NCBI GenBank assembly: GCA_030390025.1
Contig: CM059425.1
Span: forward strand, 176,454,001-176,518,000
DNA: 64,000 nt
Direction of reading: 5' to 3'
From: Squalus acanthias
Lineage: Eukaryota
Shown: positions 1 to 11,830 of the stretch, in pieces
Numbering within the stretch: position 1 is the stretch's first letter
Layout of the letters: each line of letters begins with the position of its first letter
The notes under the pieces: generated by a model
What the model was told of the DNA's origin: nothing
Databases searched by the model: none
What the model saw: only the letters and a program-made list of their open reading frames with translations
Program-made: the position numbers and the translations under genes

Positions 1-95
1 ACTACACATCAAAAATAATTAATTGGTTGTAATTGGTTTTGGGATATACAGAGGGCATGATGTAAGGTGCTATATAAATGCATGTTGGTTCTTTT
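1..95 (+). repeat. 3' tail of a Deu-type (SacSINE1/AmnSINE1-like) SINE, cut by window start
   Basis: Resembles the reverse complement of 2266-2416 and ends in an L2-type tail ggtgctatataaatgca. Confidence 0.5.
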
Positions 96-1425
96 TATTC
101 TTCTTCACCTTCAGTGATTTTGGAATGTAAGTTGCATTTAGGTACAATAAATCTCAGCAATCAGAAGGCTATAAAGAATTTACCCTTAGAAAAATTAACC
201 CTTTCAGTTTTATATAGCAGCTTCTTTAGAAAAAAATGCTATGTAGTGGTGTTAATAGGCATTGCTATGTACCTTAAAATAAACGGATTTAATTTAGACA
301 GAGCACCTGTTTAGTAATATTCATTCTAGATGGTTATGTACAGCGGTATTAATGTGATGAGTATTCTGTAAAGCACAATTTCTCAGAAACCATCTCTCCA
401 GAGATTTTAATTTGAAAAGAAAGATGGAAAGCTGGAAAAATGATGAAGCAAAATAATGAACTCGAACATCCCTCAGCGCTTAAACTGCTGCTTAGAGTAA
501 AGCAAAACTGACACTCGACGAGACGGCGACTGAGGTCTCTATCTAGCCCATTTGGAGTTAGATATTCCAATGACATGGGCACACTGCATTATTTATCTCC
601 TCACCAGAGTAAACGTTTTTATCTTTTTAAATTACTTTGAAACATGAGCACTGCTTGTTGCTTTATTTTACCCAGTTTCCCTGTCTTTCTGTATTGTACT
701 TTGTAAAGGTAGTTACCGTTGTGCCTGTCATTTTCTCACTGAATGTCACTCACTCAGTGTATCTGTTAACTTTTTTTACTTCAAAGTTGTGGCTTTAACA
801 TTAAACTCATTGAGGTGGAAATTCCTTTAGGAGCACGCACTCCAAGCAGGAGGCCCAAGACCAGTCTGAAATTGGCCCTTGGGCATTTAGGTGAGTTGTT
901 GGCGCCTGTCACACCTCCACAGGCAGCTCACCCATTTTATAGAGATGGATCTTGGGCCGCTGTCCCTGCTCGCAGCTCATGTGCAAGGGGCCTAACACCT
1001 GTTTTAGGTGGCCACTTTGGACGCCTGAAAAATGGCTCGACCGAAAATTAGATCAGATGTCTCTCAGGCGACTTTGGCACGTATGACTTTAGTCCCCAAA
1101 ATTAACCCTTGTGCCTATTTTACACTAATAAAAGTGGCTCAACTAGGTTCAATTTCTACGTGTGCCGAAATTATTCATTTTCATATCAAATAGTTCTTTG
1201 AAGTTCTTGAATGGCAGTATTTATTTTCATACTCATAAACTTTTTGATTATATTTATAGGCAATGGTTTTCTTTTTATGTATAGAGTACGTAGTATGTGA
1301 TATTATTTTTGTCCTGAATAACTCAACAGCCTACCGCCAGTTAGAAAATCACAAGTCTCTTATATCTGGTCAGGCCCACTGGACTTTGCTGTTTACAGCA
1401 CGGAACCAGACAATATTGATCAGAT

Positions 1426-1582
1426 AAAAGGAAAGCTGTCAATACTGGCGATCTGAAATGATAAAGGAAATGCTGGAAATACACAGCACACCAGGCAGCA
1501 TCTGGAAGGAAAAGATAAACTAACATTTTAGTGAAACATTTTAGGTCTCACCAGAAACATTAACCCATCCTTCTCTTCCAGG
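1426..1582 (-). mobile_element. Degenerate Penelope-like terminal repeat remnant
   Basis: aaatgctggaaatacacagcacaccaggcagcatctg matches the 25700 and 39854 copies; ribozyme core is lost. Confidence 0.55.
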
Positions 1583-1720
1583 AAGGAAGATTACTATGGT
1601 CACTAATTTTCAGCAACATTGTAAATATATCGAGAAGGTTTCCTCTGAATGTTTCTCGTGATTTCATAAACAAGTTCTTTTGGAATGGTTTTACAATTTT
1701 GCTAAAAATAGCAAATATAA

Positions 1721-2200
1721 GAGCCTAAAAATTTGTTCGGGCCATTTGCATTTTACAGGCATAAAACGGGTGCTAAATTGTCTAATATGGGCACGCACAT
1801 TCTGCTTCTGAAGTGCGCTGCCCGCCATATTGGTAAAGGCGTCCAGGGCCCACGCCAGAAACAGGCGTTAGGTCCCATATTTGCATATGCTAACCACCTA
1901 ACACCTGTTTGAGGCCCTCTTTCCAAAATTTGTTTGCGACTGACTGCAGCATGTGTTGTACATTCTGCGACCAGTATTCTCAGGCGCTTGGCAGCAAAAC
2001 CAACTTTCCTTAAAGGAACCGCTGAAGGCTGCCTCCCAAAGGTAATTTTTTCCTTTTTTACTTACCTTATTGGGGAGCTGGTACAAGCAGGACTGCTCCT
2101 CCCGGTTCCATATTAAATTCACAGGCCGCTGCCGGCTACCACTAGCATAACTGTCGATAATACAACAGTTCAGAGACAAAGTTATTGTAGCTACAATTCT
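1721..2200. mobile_element. MITE remnant, same family as 49905-50583 and 53665-54236 (opposite orientation)
   Basis: Shares ccgccatattgg (1822) and atttgcatatgc (1879) modules; terminus gagcctaaaaatt resembles ggcctagaaatt. Right end uncertain. Confidence 0.5.
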
Positions 2201-2265
2201 CCCTTCGACCCTGGTTAGTTCAGTTAAAAATCAGGTTACAAGAACAAAATTGGTGAAAAGAAAAA

Positions 2266-2416
2266 GAAGGACTTGTATTTATGTAGCGCCTTTCATAACC
2301 TCAAGACGTCCCAAAGTGCTTTATAGCCAATGAAGTACTTTTTAAATGAAGTCACTGTTGTAATGTAGGAAACGCACCAGCCAAATTGCACACAACAAGC
2401 TCCCACAAACAGCAAT
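2266..2416 (-). repeat. 3' part of a Deu-type SINE with L2-derived tail
   Basis: Minus strand reads cattgctgtttgtgggagcttg...cctacattacaacagtgac...gaaaggcgctacataaatacaagt; tail matches the L2 3' end at 51450-51486. Confidence 0.65.
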
Positions 2417-2630
2417 GAAACAAATGGCAATGCTAATGTACAGTGAAATATTTGTTATTGTTGCCAAACTCCAGAATAAATCATTTCTATTCGCCAGTGC
2501 TCTGAATTTGCCTTTCATGATCTCAACTCTCACCTGTAAAGCAATACAAATAGGTAAAAAAAATTGTTTGGTTCATTTACTCTCACAGTGGATTAGTTTT
2601 AAAGCCCTGGCAACTCTAGCTCCTCATCTA

Positions 2631-3073
2631 CATAAGAACATAAGAAATAGGAGCAGGAGGAGGCCATTTAGCCCTTCGAACCTGCTCTGCCATTCAATAA
2701 GATCATGGCTGATCTTCTACCTCATCTCCACTTTCCTGCACTATCCCCATATCCCTTGATTCCCTTAATATTCAAAAATTTATCGATCTCTGTCTTGAAT
2801 ATACTCAATGACTGAGCCTCCACAGCCCTCTGGGGTCGAGAATTCCAAAGATTCACCACCCTCTGAGTGAAGAAATTTCTACTTATCTCAGTCCTAAATG
2901 GCCCCCCTTATTCTGAGATTGTGACCCCTGGTTCTCGACTCCCCAGCCAGGGGAAACATCCTCCCTGCATCTACCCTGTCAAGCCCTGTAAGAATTTTGT
3001 ATGTTTCAATGAGATCACCTCTCATTCTTCTAAACTCTAGAGAATATAGGCCTAGTCTACTCAATCTGTCCTC
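2631..3073 (-). mobile_element. 5'-truncated CR1 LINE 3' end
   Basis: ORF2 C-terminus LYSLEFRRMRGDLIETYKIL and a (ttcttatg)n tail. Confidence 0.9.
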
Positions 3074-3223
3074 AATCTGCACCATAATTGGCTATTTCGT
3101 TGCTGTGGCAGGTTCAAAGAAATGGTGATCTTCTGTGTATTAAAGTATTGATTTTCAAACTGAGCTTTGTGGACCCCAAAAGACATTTGCATTTTTCTGA
3201 ATTTGTTGTATTATTAACATATT

Positions 3224-4020
3224 AGCCCAGAACTTGCGGTCAGTGGTGTAGCTACGGAGTACACCGCCAACCTGCGAAAAGAATACGCACCTTCCTGACG
3301 GGGGCCCTCCTTCGTTAACTTGCTCTCTGACGGTGTGTACTGGAGGGCAGCCTAATGGCCCACAGATCCTGGGGCGCTACGTGTGCGGAAGCGTACCTGT
3401 GATCACATGGGCCTGGTGCTCCAATCAGTACACCGAAGGGAAAGTGTCTACCTCCAATACTGGTAACTTTCTTTATATTGCATTTCACCCGATGTATTTT
3501 CAGAATAATTATAAGGACTAGGAGAATAAATAGTTCCAAAATGGCCCTCCCCCTCTCTCTCTCTCTCTCTCTCACACAGATCCACCTAAAAAAATTATTT
3601 GGGAATTAATTCTTAAATCTAATTTAGGAATTAGAGTTCTGATAAATTGTTGAAGCTCTGTGAAATTTCATATAAAATAACATGGACAGGTGATATAAAC
3701 ATAAATACAACAGAGCCCAAACAAAGATCTGAAAAATCTGTACATTAATCATTGGAGGTGTTTCGGACCGTTTTACAATTCATTACATCACATTCCAGAG
3801 CTAATAAAATGAGTAACCGTAAAATCTTTGTACATAATTGCTGGGCAGTTCGTGGGCAATTAGCCCAACTCTGCACCAGCAATCGGAATTTCCAAGGTGG
3901 TGTGGATCATCTGTTAAGGCGTACCTTGACAGATCGCAAGTTCAGGACTTAACACATATGGAAATCCCGAATGTGCGGTCAAAGGTGGTACACCGTCATA
4001 CCCACCGCGAAATCTGCCCC
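3224..4020. mobile_element. Harbinger-type MITE
   Basis: Degenerate TIRs agcccagaacttgcggt / accgcgaaatctgcccc; 3-bp TSD ATT at 3221-3223 and 4021-4023. Confidence 0.6.
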
Positions 4021-4103
4021 ATTATTTCTGCTACTGTACACTAATAAGAAAAACATTTTCTGCAATTATAACTGTTTTCCATTGTGTAGTTAGCTGACAC
4101 TGT

Positions 4104-4726
4104 GGGGGGAGTTTTAACATGGGTGAGTGGGTGGGATTGGGTGAGGTGGGGGATTAAATGGGCAAAAATTCTGAGCACATCGGGAAGCCGGCTCCAACCC
4201 AGCGACTTACGGGTTTTACTCAGGTGGGACAAGAGGTGGGCAGCCAACCTGCTCCAGGACGTGGGTGGCATTTTAAATATGTTAATGAGTCTGGAAGCCT
4301 CGGATTTAACCTGCTTTGCAGCTTTCACTGTGGCCGACCGGGTTTCCCGGGCCTGGGGAAATCGGGCAGCTGCAGCGAGATGGGGACAGCCTCGGGGAGC
4401 ACTCCTTGTGGGCCAGGTGGAGCAGGAGTGCTTCCTCCCAGCCCCCAATCTCCCCCACCATTACACCCCCTGTACCCCCCGGGGTCGGACCTCCCCCAGG
4501 GTCGAGGATCGGACCCCTCTTGGGATCGGACCCTTCGCAGTTGGGGAACGGACCTACCTGGTCCTGCCCTGTCAATCCGGCTGACTACCCGGCAGAGAAC
4601 CTGTCAGGGCCAAAAATCGCACACTGTGGAAACTCCACAGCATGAGGGTAAATCCAGACTTCTGGGTTTCCCATCCGAAACTCCACCCTCCCGCCTACGC
4701 AACCCGCCCCAATAAATATCCAGCCC
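4104..4726. mobile_element. Harbinger-type MITE, related to 9507-9848
   Basis: GC-rich block ending aatatccagccc; first ~200 nt resemble 9507-9700; flanks tgt / tgc. Confidence 0.6.
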
Positions 4727-4919
4727 TGCTTCTCAGAAGTTAGGAAGAGGGTTCCTGTGAATATGTCAATATTTGCAGAGGGCTGCTACACAGAAAAGTT
4801 TTTAAAACACTGTACTAAAGGCAGAACAATATTCTGTTTAAAAAAAAACTAGTAAGTTACAAGTATTCAGTATAAATTCTGTGGGACATTGGGACTCAAT
4901 TTCAAAAGACTGAATTTAT

Positions 4920-7772
4920 TTACTGCAGATTAGTTTTTAGAGCCACATTGTACAATCTCAGATTTGTTTCAGGCCATTTCTGCTGTTGATGAGACCTCAG
5001 CTCAGTCCTAAATGGCTTCCCCTTAATCCTTAGACTGTGACCCCTGGTTCTAGTTTTCCCTACCATTGGGAACATTCTGCCCGCATCTAATTTGTCTAAA
5101 CCAGTCAGGATTTTAAATGTCTCTATAAGATCCCCCCTCATTCTTCTGAACTCCAGAGGATACAAGTTCAGTTGACCCAATCTTTCTTGATATGTCAGTC
5201 CGGCCATCCCAGGAATCAATCTAGTGAACCTTCGCTGCACTCCCTCAATAGCAAGAATGTCCTTCCTTAAGTTAGGAGACCAAAACTGCGCACAATACTC
5301 CAGGTGTGGCCTCACCAAGGCCCTGTACAACTGTAGCATCACCTCCCTACTCCTGTACTCAAATCCCCTTGCTATGAAGGCCATCATTCCGTTTGCTTTT
5401 TTGACTGCCTGCTGCACTTGCATTCCCACCTTCAGTGACTGATGTACCATGACGCCCAGGTCTCGTTGCACGTCCCCTTTCCCTAATCTGCCACCATTCA
5501 GGTAATAGTCCGCCTCTCTATTTTTACCACCAAAGTGGATAACCTCACATTTATCCACATTGTACTTCATCTGCCATACATTTGCCCATTCACCCAACCT
5601 GTCCAAGTCACTCTGTAGCCTCCTAGCATCCTCCTCATTGTTCACACTGCCTCCCAATTTAGTGTCATCCGCAAATTTGGAGATATTACATTTAATCCCT
5701 TCGTCCAAATCATTAATATATAATGTAAACAGCTGGGGTCCCAGCACCGAACCCTGCGGTACCCCGCTGGTCACTGCCTGCCATTCTGAAAAGTACCCAT
5801 TTACTCCTACTCTTTGTTTCCTGTGTGCCAACCAGTTCTCAATCCACGTCAACACATTACCCCCAATCCCATGTGCTTTAACTTTGCTCACCAATCTCTT
5901 GTGTGGGACCTTGTCGAAGGCCTTCTGAAAGTCCAAATATACCACATCTACTGGTTCCCCCCTGTCCACCCTATTGGAAACATCCTCAAAAAATTCCAGA
6001 AGATTTGTCAAGCATGATTTCCCTTTCACAAATCCATGCTGACTTGGACCTATCATGTCGCCACTTTCCAAATGGTCTGTTATGACATCTTTAATAATTG
6101 CTTCCATCATTTTACCCACGACCGATGTCAGGCTGACCGGTCTATAATTCCCTGCTTTCTCCCTCCCTCCTTTTTTAAAAAGAGGGGTTACATTGGCCAC
6201 CCTCCACTCCATCGGAACTGATCCAGAGTCTAAGGAATGTTGGAAAATGATCGTCAATGCATCCACTATTTCCAAGGCCACCTCCTTAAGTACTCTGGGA
6301 TGCAGACCATCAGGCCCCGGGGATTTTTCAGCCTTCAGTCCCATCAATTTCCCCAATACCTTTTCCCGACTAATAAGGATTTCCCTCAGCTCCTCCCTCT
6401 TACCAGATCCTCTGACCCCTTTTATTTCCGGCAGGTTGTGTGTGTCCTCCACAGTAAACACCGAACCAAAGTACTTGTTCAATTGATCTGCCATTTCCTT
6501 GTTCCCCATTACGACTTCCCCTGTTTCCGACTGCAGGGGACCTACGTTTGTTTTTACTAACCTCTTTCTTTTTACATATTTATAGAAGCTTTTGCAGTCC
6601 ATTTTAATGTTCTCTGCAAGCTTCCTTTCATATTTTATTTTCCCTGCCCTAATCAAACCCTTCGTCCTCCTCTGCTGAGTTTTGAAGTTCTCCCAGTCCC
6701 CGGGTTTGCTGCTACTTCTGGCCAATTTGTATGCAACTTCCTTGGTTTTAATACTATCCCTGATTTCCCTTGTTAGCCATGGTTGAGCCACCTTCCCTTT
6801 TTTATTTTTACGCCAGACCGGGATGTACAATTGTTGTAGTTCATCCATGCGATCTCTAAATGTCTGCCATTGCCCTTCCACTGATAGCCCCTTAAATATC
6901 GCTTGCCAATTTAACCTCGCCAATTCACGCCTCATACCCTCAAAGTTGCCCTTATTTAAGTTCTGGACCATGGTCTCTGACTTAACTGTTTCCTTCTCCA
7001 TCCTAATGTAGAACTCCACCATACTATGGTCACTCTTCCCCAGGGGGCCTCGTACCACAAGATTGCTGATTAGTCCCTCCTCATTACACAACACCCAGTC
7101 CAGGATGGCCTCCCCTCGAGTTGGTTCCTCAACATATTGGTTTAGGAAACCATCCCTTAAACACTCCAGGAAATCCTCCTCCACCGTATTGCTTCCAGTT
7201 TGAGTAGCCCAATCTATATGCATATTAAAGTCACCCATGATAACTGCCGTGCCTTTTTTGCACGCACCTCTGATTTCCTGTTTCATACCCTCCCCCACCT
7301 CACTACTGCTGTTTGGAGGTCTGTACACAACTCCCACTAACGTTTTCTGCCCTTTGGTGTTCTGCAGCTCAACCCATATTGATTCCACATCCTCCAAGCT
7401 GATGTCCTTCCTAGCTATTGCATTAATCTCCTCTTTAACCAGCAATGCTACCCCACCCCCTTTTCCTTTTATTCTATCCTTTCTGAATGTTGAATACCCC
7501 TGGATGTTCAGTTCCCAGCCTTGATTGTTCTGGAGCCACGTCTCTGTAATCCCAATCACATCGTATCCGTTAACATCTATTTGCACAGTCAATTCATCCA
7601 CCTTATTACGGATACTCCTTGCATTAAGACACAGAGCCTTTAGGCTTGTTTTATTAACATCCTTTGTCCTTTTAGACTTATGATTTAGTATGGCCCTTTG
7701 TGTTTCTTGCCTTTGTTTACTCGGCCTTCCCCTATTGTTTCTCACCCTTCTAACATTTGTTTCTGACTGCAT
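4920..7772 (-). CDS. CR1 ORF2: AP endonuclease + reverse transcriptase; last ~25 codons are read-through into flank
   Basis: 950-aa ORF with NARSIRNK, ITETW, GDFN, SDH (APE) and YLDFQKAFDKV, GVPQGSVLGP, KFADD (RT). Confidence 0.9.
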   Translation of the reverse strand: MQSETNVRRVRNNRGRPSKQRQETQRAILNHKSKRTKDVNKTSLKALCLNARSIRNKVDELTVQIDVNGYDVIGITETWLQNNQGWELNIQGYSTFRKDRIKGKGGGVALLVKEEINAIARKDISLEDVESIWVELQNTKGQKTLVGVVYRPPNSSSEVGEGMKQEIRGACKKGTAVIMGDFNMHIDWATQTGSNTVEEDFLECLRDGFLNQYVEEPTRGEAILDWVLCNEEGLISNLVVRGPLGKSDHSMVEFYIRMEKETVKSETMVQNLNKGNFEGMRRELARLNWQAIFKGLSVEGQWQTFRDRMDELQQLYIPVWRKNKKGKVAQPWLTREIRDSIKTKEVAYKLARSSSKPGDWENFKTQQRRTKGLIRAGKIKYERKLAENIKMDCKSFYKYVKRKRLVKTNVGPLQSETGEVVMGNKEMADQLNKYFGSVFTVEDTHNLPEIKGVRGSGKREELREILISREKVLGKLMGLKAEKSPGPDGLHPRVLKEVALEIVDALTIIFQHSLDSGSVPMEWRVANVTPLFKKGGREKAGNYRPVSLTSVVGKMMEAIIKDVITDHLESGDMIGPSQHGFVKGKSCLTNLLEFFEDVSNRVDRGEPVDVVYLDFQKAFDKVPHKRLVSKVKAHGIGGNVLTWIENWLAHRKQRVGVNGYFSEWQAVTSGVPQGSVLGPQLFTLYINDLDEGIKCNISKFADDTKLGGSVNNEEDARRLQSDLDRLGEWANVWQMKYNVDKCEVIHFGGKNREADYYLNGGRLGKGDVQRDLGVMVHQSLKVGMQVQQAVKKANGMMAFIARGFEYRSREVMLQLYRALVRPHLEYCAQFWSPNLRKDILAIEGVQRRFTRLIPGMAGLTYQERLGQLNLYPLEFRRMRGDLIETFKILTGLDKLDAGRMFPMVGKTRTRGHSLRIKGKPFRTELRSHQQQKWPETNLRLYNVALKTNLQ

Positions 7773-8493
7773 ATTACTTCCCCCTGTTTCGCTACATAGG
7801 TTCCCATTCCCCTGCCATATTAGTTTAAATCCTCCCGAACTGCTTTAGCAAATATTACCCCGAGGACATCGGTTCCAGTCCTGCCCAAGTGCAGACCGTC
7901 CCTTTTGTACAGGTCCCACTTCCCCCAGAACTGGTTCCAATGCCTCAGGAATTTGAATCCCTCCCTCCTGCACCACTGCTCAAGCCACGTATTCAATCTC
8001 ACTATCCTGTTCTCTCTATTCTGATTAGCACGTGGCCCTGGTAGCAATCCAGAGATTACTACCTTAGAGGTCCTACTTTTTAATTTAGCTCCTAGCTCCC
8101 TAAATTCTGCTTGTAGGACCTCTTCCCGCTTTTTACCAATATCGTTGGTACCTACATGCACCACGACAGCTGGCTGTTCACCCTCCCTCTTCAGAATGTT
8201 CTGCAGCCGCTCCGAGACATCCTTGACCCTTGCACCAGGGAGGCAACATACCATCCTGGAATCTCGGTTGCGGCCACAGAAACTCCTGTCTATTCCCCTT
8301 ACAATTGAGTCCCCTATCACTATAGCCCTACCACTCTTTTTCCCGCCCTGCTGTGCAGCAGAGCCAGCCATGGTGCCATGAACCTGGCTGCTAGTGCCTT
8401 CTCCTGGTAGGGCATCTCCCCCAACAGTATCCAAAGCGGCATACCTGTTTTGGAGGGAGATGACCACAGGGGACTCCTGCACTACCTTCCTGA
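4996..8493 (-). mobile_element. Young CR1 LINE truncated at both ends
   Basis: Uninterrupted ORF1 C-terminal part plus ORF2; homology stops at KPFRTELR with no 3' UTR or tail. Confidence 0.95.
7820..8482 (-). CDS. CR1 ORF1 C-terminal SGNH esterase domain (5'-truncated)
   Basis: SGNH blocks GDSIVRG, HVGTND, DGLH; stop lies 47 nt before ORF2. Confidence 0.85.
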   Translation of the reverse strand: MQESPVVISLQNRYAALDTVGGDALPGEGTSSQVHGTMAGSAAQQGGKKSGRAIVIGDSIVRGIDRSFCGRNRDSRMVCCLPGARVKDVSERLQNILKREGEQPAVVVHVGTNDIGKKREEVLQAEFRELGAKLKSRTSKVVISGLLPGPRANQNRENRIVRLNTWLEQWCRREGFKFLRHWNQFWGKWDLYKRDGLHLGRTGTDVLGVIFAKAVREDLN

Positions 8494-8614
8494 TATGTCG
8501 AGGAAGAATGGGAACCCATGAAAGGGCCTCATCTCATTCATATATATATAATTATTAAAAGTGTCACAATCAAGAATTTTGTTTACACTTTGAAAGTATT
8601 GTTGTAGGAATATC

Positions 8615-8844
8615 GAGCCCGAAATTCCTATCAGACCGCTTTGTCGGCAGAGCAGGCCCAAAGTCCGCCGAAGCTGTAAGACCCAGACCATGCACTAAAT
8701 TGGGCGGAAGAATCACCCCAACCACCCCCCCAACCAACCACCCCAACCCCAAAACATCCTTCAGCTGCTCTAATGGGGTGTAATCTCAGCAGAACTCCAC
8801 CCTCTTTTCTGGCCCCCCTAAGGTGCAGTCAGAATTTTGGGCCC
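8615..8844. mobile_element. Short MITE
   Basis: TIRs gagcccgaaattc / gaattttgggccc (11/13 match). Confidence 0.55.
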
Positions 8845-9506
8845 ACAGTATTCCACATGTGTGAATCGTGGTGATCGCTGCTTAACATAGAAAAACCCGG
8901 CAGCTGCAAGAAAAGACAATACATAAATACAGTGGAATTAAAGACATTAAGCAGAAATTTAGACCACTAATACAGAGGACCTTGATTATATAAGGAGAAA
9001 GGTTACTCTAAGAAACAAGGAGCTATAACTACAAATATTCTCATTATTTTTGAAATTTGAATTTAAGAAAATACAGTTAAACAAATAAAAATAAACCTAC
9101 CATCTCATTCAAACGGTTCTTTGTGAATAATAAAGACCCTCTAATTGCACATGAACAATTTGGGTGGCTGATTTTCTTGTTTTCACAGAAAAGCAGGAGA
9201 AAAGCATGTTGTCCGTCGATGTCACTGAAACGCTTATAAAATTGTCCAATTGTACGGCTTTCAAAGCGCAGTTTGTGGTAATTCAATTTTGTTAGCTGCA
9301 ATGAACCAGTAACAGACGAACACCAGTAATGTTCCTTTAACACTCTCAAGCAGCTAATGAACTATTTACTGATTATAATTACAAAATATTCAATAATCTA
9401 GCTTTCGAGTATGCAATTGATTCAGAAAAAGGCCCCTGTTGAGTATTCTGGGTGGGCAAGAGTGGTTTGGGGAGAGGAAAGGGGAACCCGGTAATGGTAA
9501 CACCAA

Positions 9507-9848
9507 GGGGGGGATTTTAACGCCCAAAAACACGTGGGTTGGGGTCGGGTGGGAGATTAAAGAGTTAAAAAACTGAATCTCGACCCCCAACCCGCCTCCA
9601 GCCCGCCTACTTCCGGTTTTAATGAAGGCGGGACGGGGGCGGGCAGCCAACCCGATCCAAGGAGGCGGGTCACCCATTTAAAAATTAGAATGAGGCTCCG
9701 CACCTAGTGGTGATCCACCATTTCAAATGAACTCTGGGCGAGCGGTTTTCCCAGGCCTCGGAGAACACGCCAGCTAAAGGGAGGCAGAGACTGTTGGATC
9801 CAGCATCCAAGCCTCACCCCCTGTGTTCAGAGTGATTAAGTCCAGCCC
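9507..9848. mobile_element. Harbinger-type MITE
   Basis: Termini gggggggatttt / aagtccagccc; similar to 4104-4726. TSD not conserved. Confidence 0.55.
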
Positions 9849-10195
9849 ATAGTAGTGTTTCTGTTCAGAGTCATGGCCTGGAATGCTCAAAGACAGAAAT
9901 AAAGGGGGGTGATTGCAAATTTGCTCAGTTGTATGGAGCTAGACCCATTGGCTTAACCCTCAAGTGGTTGGAAAAGGCCCCAATTTGCTGCCCCCTCCCT
10001 GAGCAGTTGAGGAAAAGTAGCTGCTATAAAAGATAAATAGATACAGAGAAAGAATATGGCAAGTAAGGTATTGAAATTCAAAATAGAATTATACAAACTG
10101 CATTATGCCTCTCATGATGAAAGTGAACATTCTGTAGGATGCAGTGTTTGTGACTCAAATGACTGTTTCAATTCGCACTGCTGTTATGCTTACAG

Positions 10196-10990
10196 GCAAA
10201 ATTGGTATATAATAGAAAGGCGCAGTGTGCAACCAGTGGTAGACTCCCAAATCTTAAGGCACTTACTTCGTATGAAAAGGTTATGGTTGATTTGTTTGGC
10301 AAGGAGTGTTTAGAAGGTGTCATCACTGTGGATATTGGAGGAAAGGAAAGCACTAATGGTATGTATTATGCTAATCATATATTCAGTCATTTGCATGATA
10401 TGTTATGCTGATTGTGCGTAAAAAGATAATAGCGTGTATAAGGACAGTACAGTGTCCAAATGGATAAATGAGCATATATGCCAATAATGTGCCATCTGTT
10501 CTCTTTGTAGAGCAAGGAGAACCCAAGGACCACCAGCCACATCCAGAAAACACACCTGAACCCCAACTATCACCATTATACCTGAAGCAGACATCAGCAC
10601 AGATGCACACACTTCAGAAGAAGTAAATAGAGATAATGAGGATGCACAGGGTGAGGCACCAAGCACTGGTGAGGAACAGGTAGTAGTTGATGAGGAGAAA
10701 GCTGATACAGGGTGGAGGCCCAGAATGCTGAGTTCCCCTACTGAGTTGTACAGGGCTTGCTTTGAAACTGAGGCTGGTACAACATCAGAACCATACTGAG
10801 GAATCGTTTGACTCCTTGCACACAATATTGGAGGTGGTGTAGATAGGTGGAGGAATCCAACACCTAGAGATACTTTGTCATCTCCCACATGGATGATGTC
10901 ATGCAACAGCAATATTTTTGCACCACCGTGTCCTCGATAAGCACATGACAATAACAGTATTAATGACCGATGAAAATTCTGTATAATATC
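10196..10990 (+). pseudogene. Old Harbinger Myb/SANT-like gene fossil (exon 2 10196-10358, exon 3 from 10511)
   Basis: ttacag|AKLVYNRKAQCATSGRLPNLKALTSYEK...|gtatgt is 163 nt, phase 0/1, like the 160-nt exon 2 at 18419-18578. Exon 3 peptide DISTDAHTS...QGEAPSTGEEQVVVD aligns by eye with STSADTHTS...PGVSQLTSKQEQMVE. Frameshift and stops follow. Confidence 0.65.
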
Positions 10991-11001
10991 ATTGGGCTGC
11001 C

Positions 11002-11355
11002 AGATCACCTGATGGTTCAGCCAGTTGACCTATTGAGTGGTTGCCCCTTACAGTACGAGAATGTCTAGGGTTGATCCCCATCTGTGCTGAGTTAACTAAA
11101 CTCTGTCAGCGTAGTGGAAGGATGCTAAAATTGGCTTCAGTACCCTTGGGTTTCCAGTCTTTATTGCCATTCAACAATCCCTGCTGAAAGTGCACGAATA
11201 CGAATGTTGCCGAGGACAGAATCCGGCTCAGTCCTGATAGTCAAATAGCCTGTCCGCATTCACTGCCAAGGTTTACACCTGAATAATACTCACTTGGATT
11301 GGGTGCTGGAGGATGCTTGTGGAATTGTACCCCTGTAAGGGAGTCAACACTTTAA
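11002..11355 (+). repeat. Ancient SINE-like repeat, family uncertain
   Basis: Second diverged copy at 19580-19810 shares ccctgctg..aaag, gaggacag.at, gtc.aatag.ctg, cac.tgaa.aat. Confidence 0.55.
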
Positions 11356-11411
11356 GTAGAGAGATAAAATTAGCAAAAATAAGTGTCGAGAAAAGCAGGA
11401 AAGAATCCATT

Positions 11412-11830
11412 GGGGCTGATTTTAGTTTGTGGGGCCAGGAGCAGCAGGAGCGTTCCTCCGGACCCCACAGAGAAAGTTTAGGCTTCCCGTGTCCCGGGTT
11501 TGCCCACCACTGTGAGGCCCATTCAAACTCCCTTCCAGCACTTACCGGAGTGTTGGAGACTGTTCCTTTGATCCCCGTCGGCAGCTCCTGCTGACCAACA
11601 TTCCACTCCTGCCCGAGGGCCAGCTATCACTTACTGCTGGTTTTAGGCGGGAGACTGAAGGGGCCTATGCAAATGAGGCTCGGGAGTTAAAATCTCCCAG
11701 GCCCCACACTACCAAGATTGAGATGGTTTGCCATCCGCCTCGGGCTCTGCCCGCATGACTGATGGCCCATGTTAAAACCGGGGCTTCAGAGCAGGACGTG
11801 GCTGCTCTGAGAGGGGGAGCTCTAAATCAT
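11412..11830. mobile_element. MITE remnant with octamer motif
   Basis: Starts att|ggggctgatttt; GC-rich; ATGCAAAT near 11667; resembles the 4104/9507 family. Right end uncertain. Confidence 0.4.

Noticed and set aside
4041..4715. Overlapping 89-185 aa ORFs on both strands
   Set aside because: Stop-poor GC-rich MITE sequence with no recognisable domain.
10403..11008. 201-aa minus-strand ORF
   Set aside because: Antisense shadow of the + strand Myb-gene fossil.
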